Below the pieces are notes generated by a model. The model was not told the DNA's origin and made no database searches. It saw nothing but the letters and a program-made list of their open reading frames with translations. The translations under genes and the position numbers were made by a program. Below, one piece after another: positions 21,201-31,300 of a DNA stretch of 34,361 bases. Position 1 is the first letter of the stretch; each line of letters opens with the position of its first letter. The DNA comes from Perkinsus chesapeaki ATCC PRA-425 (Eukaryota > Protista > Perkinsozoa). The stretch covers positions 1-34,361 of the forward strand of contig JAAPAO010000382.1 of the NCBI GenBank assembly GCA_013115145.1. The letters run 5' to 3'.

Positions 21201-22413
21201 CGGCTGGCGGAGCCGCGGAGGCAGTGGGCTCAATGCGAGTAGGGTCGGTTGAAACCTACAATAAGATTCGGGTAACACACTGCGAGGCCATACAAGTACT
21301 CACCTTGAGTAGAGGGAAAATCTTGGCACCAGCCGTCTTACCCTCGACAAAAAATGATATATTAGGGGCTATCTGGCTTAGACCGAATGTCGCCATAATA
21401 CAGGCGAAGTACACGGTCATGATATCACCACCATTATAGGGATCACCAGTAGAAGGGTTTGTGGTACCCTCGTAGATGAGGCGTCCACCAAACCAGAATA
21501 CCAAAGAGTATGTTAGGAAGATACAAAAGAAGACTAGACCGGTCATAACACCGCTTTGGAAGCCTGCCTTTATCTCTCCATCTCGTGCAGATGTTAGCTT
21601 TGAGCAATATCTACCGGTCTCACGCTTTTCCGCGCCGAAGGACACCACCGTTTTGATGGCCGATAGAACCTGAATGTAGCAGAAAGATCAAACGTGCTGA
21701 TTTCGAGAAAGACTGCCGACCTCTTCAGCTACAGCCCCAGCCTCTGCGTAGAAGTCTTGAGCCCTCCCTGTCTTCCTGGCGATCCTTTTAGACAATACAC
21801 CAATGGATGCCGTTATAAGAGGCATAGTTGACATCATAACAAGAGCGAGTTGCCATCCACGATACAGGCCAACGCCGTATCCGAAGGCAAATTGACAGAA
21901 ATTGGCCACGGTAAGACCAACTCTGTATCCTATAGCTTCTTGAACCTTGAAGACATCCTCCGTCATCCGTGTCGGTAAAGCCGCTGGGGTCTCTCTATCA
22001 AACCAGGCAATATCCTGGCTCAAAACAGAACGGAAGTACTCTATTCTAATACGTGTGGCGATGGTATTCGATGAATAGGTGAAAATCGAATCCCAGATGA
22101 ACGAAGATAAGAAAGCGACAGCAGCAACCACAACTAGTTGTAGCGACACTGTCTCCACTTGACTCAGAAGTTGACTAACATCCCCCGTAGCAGAGCTTTG
22201 GCCAACATCATTCATGAACTCGCCTAGGAAGAGGGCAAAGGTGGGGAAAGCAGCACCATTAACTATAGCAGCAAGGAGGCCAACGGCCAACCAGGCTACA
22301 TCTTTTCTCGAAGCGAGACTGAACAGTGTAAAAAACGACACTGTTCTAGGGCGATATTCATCTGCAGAACTTTCTCCGGAAGATGATCCTCTTCCTTTGC
22401 AACAAAGCTTCAT
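18246..22413 (-). CDS. ABCB (MDR/P-glycoprotein) full transporter, copy 1 (TMD-NBD-TMD-NBD)
   Basis: Walker A GESGSGKS and GPSGGGKS; signatures ISGGQKQ and LSGGQKQ; Walker [12 protein letters not shown] and [11 protein letters not shown]; H-loops. Starts MKLCCKG and ends [13 protein letters not shown]. About 7 GT-AG introns. Confidence 0.95.
20530..20777. repeat. 248-bp block identical to 25225-25472 (NBD1 signature to H-loop), ~32% GC
   Basis: Base-by-base comparison shows no mismatch over 248 nt. My hand count is 79 G+C of 248. The flanks are diverged between the paralogs. Confidence 0.95.
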
Positions 22414-22905
22414 AATAAGGTTTCAAAATTATTAACTGCTAATGTGTAATATAAGTAACACGAGGCTTGGCGCTAGTGACATTCAATGAGGGTAGTTCAA
22501 TTACGAATGCGAATAAGTACCATGCAGCAGTGAATACCAATGCGCTTACACCGACAATACTGTTTCAGCAAGCCTAAACGCAATAAGCAGAGAGGTTACT
22601 TTCTCTATGTATATGAGCTAACAACATTGACATACCACTACAATCAACACACAGATAAGGAGAAACTAGACACGACACCGACACATCACAGTAACATAAT
22701 GGGGGACGGTGAATCCCCTGCAACGGTTCATAGACCACATTCATATCTAATAGTATATACAAGCCAATTGGAGACTCCAATCGGCCAATCACTAAATGCT
22801 GCAGTATCTAGGGCTTGAACCAAGCCCTCGGGGTAGTGAGTGAACGACAGGGGTTATAGAGGGTTCTCGTATAGGGGACACTGTCCCCGGGACAGGGAGC
22901 TGAGA

Positions 22906-25900
22906 TTATCGTTGACCTTTGGTGTAGAGATCGTAGTATACTCCCCTCCTAGTCATGAGCTCATCGTGAGTACCGCGCTCAACTAGCTGGCCATCAGAAA
23001 TCACTAGGATGACATCGCTATCCTGGACAGTCGATAATCTGAGAACGATCCAAACTTTCTTTCCAATAAATGCCATTGATAAATTTACTTACCGGTGGGC
23101 GACAGTGAACGTGGTTCTGCCAACCGCTGCTGTGTCAAGGGCCTCTCGAACTATATGTTCACTAGCCGAGTCTAGTGCCGAGGTTGCCTCATCAAGGAAC
23201 ATCACCTGATAAAAGAATCGCTGCGCCGCGGTGTTTGAGGTCTAGCGGTACCTTGGGATCCCTGAGAAGAGCGCGGCCAATGGCTGTTCTCTGCTTCTGT
23301 CCGCCAGATAGTCGCATTCCTTTAGGCCCCAAGCTGTCATCCCACTTAACTGGGCCTCCAAGAGCTTCACAGAAATCCATCTTAGACATCTTCGCTACCT
23401 TTACCATCTGGTCCATAGAAGCATCGACACAGCCGTACCTGAGCCAGAGCTGAGCGAGTGAGGCGTGAGAGCCTGTTGCTCCCACCTAAGATTGTCTCCC
23501 AGAGTCATGTCAAACAAGACAGGCTCTTGAGCTACTTGACCACATTGTGCACGCCACCATTGGATGTTCAGCAGTCTGAGATCGTCACCACCAATGCATA
23601 CGCTACCAGTATTCGGGTCATAATACCGCTGGAGGAGGCCAAGCACTGTTGACTTACCTCCACCAGAGGGACCAACTAGAGCTACCTGCTGCCCGGCATC
23701 TACCTTAAACGACAGACCCTTGAGAATCTCCACCTCTGGCCGTGTAGGATAAGCAAAGTGCACCGATTTGAACTCTATAGAGCCATCGCCGAGAGTAGTA
23801 ACCGTTCCATCGGGATGAACAGCGTTGATCTTGCTCTCCGTGTCCAGCAGCTCGAAGACATCATGCACTGCGACCTTAGCATCGTCAATATCTGGAAGAT
23901 ATGCCATGGCTTGACCAACACTCATCGCTGATAACATTATTGACATCAAAGATTGAATCATCTGTTGATACCCTAAACCAGCATGGACCATCAAGTGACC
24001 ACCGTAATAGAAGCCTGCTGCATAGGCTAAGTACATAACACAGTTGGATAGACCATAGGTTGCACCAGTTACGATTGAACTGGTCCTGGTATTAGTGAGG
24101 GTGCGCAAGACATAGCCTTTGTAATATTCAACACTCCAGTGTTCAGCCATGAAGGCCCGAACTGTTCTCATATTCTGCAATGCCTCTGAAGCCACCAACG
24201 ACGCTTGCTTCATGATATCATCGTTTTCAGCTCCGAAGTTGCTAGTAGCACTGGCTCTCAGTTTTTGGGCTAGAACCATTATGGGCAGCATGCACATGCA
24301 AACCAAGGCCAGCTTCCACGATCCACAAAGGGAGATGATGATACCACCAATAAGACCGCCAAGAGATTCTGCATAGGTTCGTAATGCAGGGCCTGTCAGT
24401 GCCTTCATCTTAACAGCGTAGGTCGAAAGGGAAGTAGTTAACTTCCCACGTGCATGGCTCGGGTCATCAAAGAAGCCTGCATCTTGCTCTAGGAACTTAT
24501 CAAAGCAAAAACGTCTAACGTTAAAGGTGAAGTACTCTCCGATGTTTTGAAAGCAATAACTAGTGAGTAGGGAAGCCAAGAACACACCACAGGCCAGACC
24601 AATATATTTCTCTGATGCAGCATCGACAGAGTTCATCATGCTTGTCTTGTTGGGGTCATAAAAAGCAGCTACTGCATGGGACAGGATCAAAGCATGCATG
24701 GGCATAGCAATACCGCGCCCCGCAGCGCCAATGAAGGCCGGAGGGTACCACCATTTCCTGTCTTGGCTGAACACGAAGAGCCTTCTCCACGGGACACGAT
24801 AGCTTTTAGAGACCTGAAACAGCGACCTATCTGGACGGAAAAGGATGCCAATGCTTCCCACTTGTTTCTTCCTCGCCTTCTCCTTGGCGACCTCGTCCTC
24901 TCCAAGATCAACTTGAGCGTGTGAGGATGCCACTGACAGAGCACGTTGCACTCTCGCCGAATCATCTTGTGTTTTAGACAGCGAAGAAGTCATTGTCTTG
25001 GACATTGAGGCCGAGATCGTGTTTTTGCCAACAGCTACTGGTAAGCCCTCATCCGCAAGATGGCCCGTATCTGCTGCTTGCTGAGCGGCCTGTTGGGCTG
25101 ACACCTAAAGCGATCGCAATGCTTTGTAAACTATAGTGAAAAAGTCACTCACCAGTGAAGAGTAGACACCTTGCTTTGCCATCAGCTCCTCGTGGGTTCC
25201 AGATTCTACGAGATTGCCTTCTTGCATCACAAATATATTATCAGAATTTCTAATAGTAGATAACCTATGTGCTATTGATATAGTAGTTATATTATAATGT
25301 GATTGTAAATGATCAATTGTCTTTTGTACCATTTTTTCACTTTCATTATCTAATGCTGATGTAGCCTCATCAAGTAATAATATTTGTGGACGTCTTAATA
25401 ATGCACGAGCTATAGCTATCCTTTGTTTCTGACCACCAGATATCGTACTCCCACCAGCACCACAATAGGTATCCAAGCCACTTGGTAGTCCACTGATAAA
25501 GTCGTAGATCTGAGCCTTCTTGCATGCATCAATGAGCTCATCATCCTTTGGTATTTGATTCCCTACTAGGCCATAGGTGAGGTTATTACGAATGCTTGTG
25601 GCAAACATGAAGGGCTCCTGACCAACGTAACCATATATTGAACGAAGAGTGTGAATCGGCATGTCCCTAGTATCCTCGCCATTTACGAGGAAAGCGCCCG
25701 AATCAGGATCATAGTAGCGTTCGAGCAGCTGCGCAGTTGTGGACTTTCCTGAACCGGACTCGCCCACGAATGCCACCTTCTGCCCAGCTTCTATAACGAA
25801 ACTGACTCCCTTCAACACTTTAGTTTCGGGTCGTGCAGGATAGGTGAATTGCACGTCTTGAAACTCGAGGGATTGAAGCTTGAAGGTCGAGTCGAACCTA

Positions 25901-27034
25901 GGTGGTCCGGTCACGGGAGGTTCGATATGCTTCCCACCAGTTCGTTGTTGCTCAAGCAGTGGGAATATCTTAGACCCAGCTGCCTTGCCCTCGGCGAAAT
26001 ACTCAATATTAGGAGCTAGCTGGCCTAGCGAAAAAGTGGCCATAATGCAGGCAAAGAACACAGTGAGAATGTCGCCACCAGTATATACAAGACCTGTTGA
26101 TGGATTGATTGTATTATTATAGATAAGAGTACCACCGTACCAGAACGTTAAGGCATATGTACCAAAGATACAAAAGAAGACAACACCGATCATGAACCCA
26201 ATAGATACACCGGCTTTGATGCCACCGTCACGAGCCAGAACTAGTTGATCATCATATCGCTTGCTCTCCCGCTTCTCAGCACCGAATGCCTGTACAGTCC
26301 TAATGGAAGTTAACACCTGAACAACTGGGTAACACAGTGAAAGGGATATTAATGCTCACCTCCTCAGCTATAGCCCCAGCTTTGGCGTACAGTGTCTGAG
26401 ACTTCGACGTCTTCTTAGCAAGGTCCCTGCCCAATAGAGCTGTCGATACCATTATTAATGGCATAGTTGATAGCATTACGAGAGCTATCTGCCAACCACG
26501 AAAGAACCCCAGAATGTAGCCAAATACAAACTGAGATACGTTAACGATCGCCAGACCTGCTCTGTAACCGATGGCATCTTGGACCTTCATAACATCCTCG
26601 GTCATACGAGAAGGGAGCGCCGCTGGAGTTCGGACATCGAACCATGCGATGTCCTGTCCAACAATGGCTCTAAAATACTCAATACGGACCTTGGCTCCAA
26701 TAGTTTCCGAGCAGTAGGTAAAAGCACTGTTCCAGATACTACTAGTGACGAATGCTACAGCAGCAACGATACAGAGCTCCCATGCGACCTTAGTCACTGC
26801 ATCCATCAAACCCGCTACACCATCGACCATTGACTGTCCGGCGGTATTAAGGAAGTTACCGTAGAAATAGGCGAAGCCCGGTGGTACCGCCCCATTGATT
26901 ATGGCAGTAATCACGCCAATAGTGAGAACCACTTTATCCGTTCGTGTGGAGTAACTGTATAAGGTAAAATAAGGGACAGAATCGATCTCTTCTGGATCAA
27001 GATTCCTCCGACGGGACTTTAAAGTGAGCTTCAT
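22906..27034 (-). CDS. ABCB (MDR/P-glycoprotein) full transporter, copy 2, tandem paralog
   Basis: Same motif set and mostly the same intron positions as copy 1. The start [16 protein letters not shown] (27034) parallels copy 1. Ends [13 protein letters not shown]. Contains an in-frame 48-nt intron at 24814-24861. Confidence 0.95.
25225..25472. repeat. Second copy of the 248-bp identical AT-rich block
   Basis: Identical to 20530-20777 and encodes the same NBD1 segment. Confidence 0.95.
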
Positions 27035-27172
27035 ATATAACAGTACAGAGCATAACCTACGACAAGAACCCTGCGATGAGTACACTCCAGTGCCCGCCAA
27101 GCTGCTGACCGTTAAATCTCAACAAGTTATATTAATACATGATACTAATTAATTATTCAACTGTTATCCCTG

Positions 27173-27912
27173 CTAGAGTACTCGAGGCTTCAATGCACGT
27201 GCTGGACTCGGGTCGGTTTTAGATGATGCTCCCCCTCCACCACCAAACAACTTCTTCATACTATATACCTTCAACAACAACAAGGCAGGCAACCTTCGAC
27301 GTAGATGCAGTAAAGGCTACTCACCAGCCCGCCACCAGCATTATTATTCTCTTCCTTGCGAGGTGTGCTTACTGCTGGTCCCAGTGCTTGCGGACGAGGA
27401 GGTAAATCCGCAGGCCTAACACAATCCTACAATAAGCCATTGCCATCCATATCCCCAACTACTACCTATTAGGCTCTCGATTCTCTACTGCTGTAGTCGA
27501 CGGTTTATATCGAGTCCTAAGTATGCGTGAGATCGGCTTCAATGATTTCGGGTCTACGTCCGACACCTAAAAAGTGTCACTGCCTTGGACTAGCTACACC
27601 AGAAGGAGCGCAAGGAGCCAGGTAGTCTATCATGACGTGGTGCGAGCTTACTCTCATGCTCAATATGGTCTCTGGTATATTTGATAGGATTCCCTCGAAC
27701 TGTTGTTCAATTAGTGTAAGATAACGTTCTAGGACCTAACCATTGGTACTCCTATCATGGCCGCCTTAGGGTGTTGGCCATTCCTATCTAAGCTCATGCC
27801 ACTTTACTACCATATCCGCCCTTTGCTTATCCTCCAGTGCATTCTCTGCCATTAATACCTTACATCGTCCTTCCCACTCATCTGCCTTATTACTCGAGGT
27901 AGATGAAGCCAT
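27173..27912 (-). CDS. ~157-aa five-exon protein with an Nbl1/Borealin N-terminal-like helix
   Basis: The spliced product is MASSTSSNKADEWEGRCKVLMAENALEDKQRADM|VLERYLTLIEQQFEGILSNIPETILSMR|VSDVDP... followed by a Pro/Ser/basic disordered tail with TPRK and SPAR. Splice sites are canonical. The family call rests on pattern recognition only. Confidence 0.6.
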
Positions 27913-28351
27913 TCTAGTGTACTCTACTATAGCCCCGTCCTCTTAAGTGCTGCTGCTACACCAATGATACTATAACACAACAACAGCTCACAATACGTTA
28001 GTAATAGCAATGATTGATGACGGTTTGCTTTAACTATCTAGTGATCAACACAGTATAGCAGGCTTACTCAGTAGTCCGTATATAGTCCGTAGTAGCAAGC
28101 CATTGTATGCTACACCAGGGAACGACTGGGAAAATGGTCAGCAATCAGATTCAGATCAAAATAAAAAAATCGTTAAGTGTTAATGATGGTGATGATGTCG
28201 ACATTTCCACATATACAGGGTAACAGAATTCTGGCATCGAACACCGGTGACAAACAGAAGAGACCTCAACCTATCAACGTGCTACAACAGAGATCAGAAA
28301 ACTAAGCGAGTTGTATAGCAACGAGATCTCCGAGAGGTGATCTCTATGCTA

Positions 28352-31300
28352 CTAGTAGGCCTCAGTAGAGTATCTCTTATTGCCCTTGATGTCGTCCTCA
28401 AACCATTTTTCCACTTGCTCATCAGTCATCTTTCCTACCTTACCGACCGAGCTCTTAACTGCAGCTTCAACATCAGGTACAGCAATAGAGGGCCCACAGA
28501 AGAAGAAGTAACCACCAAGCTTATGAATATACTTATACAACAGCTCTGGATTCTCAGCCATCTTATGTTGTACAAATATCATATGATCCTGGTCATGAGA
28601 GAAAGCATTAATAACCTTAGTCAACACACCAGCTTCCATGAACTGCTTCCACTCTTCTCTATATAAGAATTCCTCCTTCTCATGACGGCAACCATAGAAG
28701 ACTATCATAGGACCAGTATCCATACCAAGGACCTTGCGCTTATACATTCTATCTTGTACAAACGCACGCATAGGAGCAATACCAGTACCAAGGGCAGCCA
28801 TAACCATTGGAGTACGCTCATCCTCAGGGAATACGAACGTACCACTAGCAACAGATACACAGACTTCAGTATCGTTGCTGAAGCCTAGATACTTAGTACT
28901 AGCTCCTGTGATAAGCTTACCATCAGAATTAGTCCATCTATTGATAACAACAGTAAGCTCCACAATACCAGGAGAGTAGAATGAGCTATTTGCAATAGAA
29001 TAAAGCCTGGGCTTGAGTAGTGGAATAGTCTCCAGGAAGTTGACCAGGGTCATAGACTTGGTGGACTTGGGGAACATCTTCAATATATCAGCATAAGACA
29101 CACTCTTACCAAGTAAGGCCTTGAACTTACCGTCGTCGTTAGCTATTCCAACCAACTTCTTAGACTCTGCCTCATCCGAACTGATTCGGGCCAGCTGCTT
29201 GTAGAAGCTTCTGGCAGGCTTACCGAAGATATCCAACAGCTCAGTGAAAATCTGCCTAGTAGGCATACGAGCCGTGAAAGCTGACCTCAAGCGAGCCGGG
29301 ACATCATCAGAGAGGCATTTAACCGAAACCACATCGTTACGGTCAAGCTGAGTTATGGTCTCATCGAATAGCTTGTCCACATCCTCCTTGAGATTCTGCG
29401 GGTATAGGGTAATAGCATCACCAAGCCTGAAGGGGAGATCTTCCTTGCTGACATCTAGCACAATATGACGGATATCTCTCTCATACTGCACTGGAGTCAT
29501 ACGACGGTTATCCACCACTGGTACGGCATGTGATCCAGGCGGCACAATACGCTGATATGGCAGCTTCTTCTCAGTGGCTGATAAAGGTAGAGTAGTGACC
29601 TCGAACAATGCCTCGTACTCTTCTTCATCCTCTGACTTAGCTCCAACCTCTTCACATAACCTAGGCAACCACTGGTCAAATGCAGTGGCCCAACCATCTT
29701 CAGCACGATCATCACCCTTGGCGATATCGATGACCCTCGTTACACCAAGCTCTGCCATACGATTGTCGATCTTAACAGCAGCCTCGCAGAACTTCTCATA
29801 AGAGCTGTCACCCATGCCAAACATACAGAATCTTCCACCAAGAACCTTCTTCTCATGGATAGCAGCCATCTGCTCCCACAATGCCTCGGCGGCTGAAGGC
29901 ATGTCACCATCACCACAAGTAGATGTCATAAGTATAATAAGATCCTCGGACTGGGTTGCATCCTCAAGGGCTAGCTCGTCCATACCAGTGCAAGCATTTA
30001 CGCTGACACCCCGGCGCTTTAGTATGCCGGACAAACGCTTAGCCAACTGCTCAGTGGTACCAGTATCCGATCCATAAAAAATACGTACACCAGCCGAAAG
30101 GCCAGATGTTAGAGTATCAGCCGAGTGCACCTTCTCAGCAGCGATCTCCTTTAGTTTTTTATGACGTTGCTCTACATAGTGCTTGAGCTCTGTCTGAAGT
30201 TCTTCAGCATGCTGAGGCATTCGACGAACCAACTGCTCATATCGGTTCTGATTCTTCAAGAACTGCACCAATACCTCGGGCTTGATATTTTTACAATCCA
30301 GCTGGAAAGGGTTCTTACCCGACCTAGCCAGCGATGGATCGTAACGATATAATGGATAGTAACCGGACTCCACGGCAGCCTTTTGGTCTTCAGACATTCT
30401 GGTTAAGCCAGTTTTGGTCCTATGTTCTATACAAGGGGCGTAACAAAGGACGAGCGATGGGCCTGGATGCTTCTCGGCCTCATGGAACGCTCGAACAGTC
30501 TGGGAATAGTTAGCGCCCATAGAACAGGATGCTACATATACATTGGGATAAGCCATCGCCAACTGGCCCAAGTCCTTCTTCTGCAAGGCACGACCGTTCT
30601 GCATAAACTTCGCTACAGCTCCCATTGGGGTAGCCTTCGAACCCTGACCACCAGTGTTCGAATAGACTTCTGTATCCAATACAACGATATTAACATTTTC
30701 ACCAAGTGCCAAGACATGATCAATACCACCATAACCGATATCATTAGCCCAACCATCACCACCAAGCATCCACATAGATGTCTTAACAAAGAGATCGGAA
30801 AGCCTTTTGCATTCCTCAAGGCAATGAGGCAACACCCTCATACCTTTCATAGTCTCTATAGCTCTCTCACCATACTGAGAAGATGCCTCAGGATGATCGG
30901 CATTATCAAGCCATTGTTGTAGCATCAGCCTTAGCTCACCAGTCACTGCAGTCTCATCAGATAATGCTTCTTCAACTCTCAGACGTAACTGCTGACGTCT
31001 GTGATTCATGGTCACAGCCATACCCATACCATACTCGGCATTGTCTTCGAATAACGAGTTACCCCAGGCCGGACCCTTACCAGTCTTTTTATCAACAGTA
31101 TAGGGTATCCAACCGGCGGTAGCCCCCCAAATAGAGCTGCAGCCAGTGGCATTGGCAATAACCATTCGTTTGCCAAACATCTGTGTCAATAGCTTGGCAT
31201 AAGGGGTTTCACCACAGCCTTCACAGGCTCCGGAGAACTCTAGCAACGGCTGCTGGAACTGCGAACCCTTGAGAGTGTGAGCGTCAAAGCGATCACCACG

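Noticed and set aside
22430-22790. Possible small membrane-protein gene (FLLICVLIVV, IVGVSALVFTAAWYLFAFVI) and a cluster of CCAAT words (22764-22789) between the ABCB genes
   Set aside because: Hydrophobic codons follow from the T/G-rich strand, and joining them needs a 5-nt micro-exon or weak donors. CCAAT clustering alone is too weak to call a promoter.
22874-22895. Overlapping palindromes ggggaca-c-tgtcccc and ctgtccc-c-gggacag just past the ABCB copy 2 stop
   Set aside because: The stems are only 6-7 bp and occur once. There is no U-tract or transposon-end context, so chance is plausible.
25104-25152. Abutting ORFs 23401-25104 and 25105-26316 as translational coupling or programmed frameshifting
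   Set aside because: A 48-nt GT-AG intron joins them, and the paralog has an intron of the same length at the same position.
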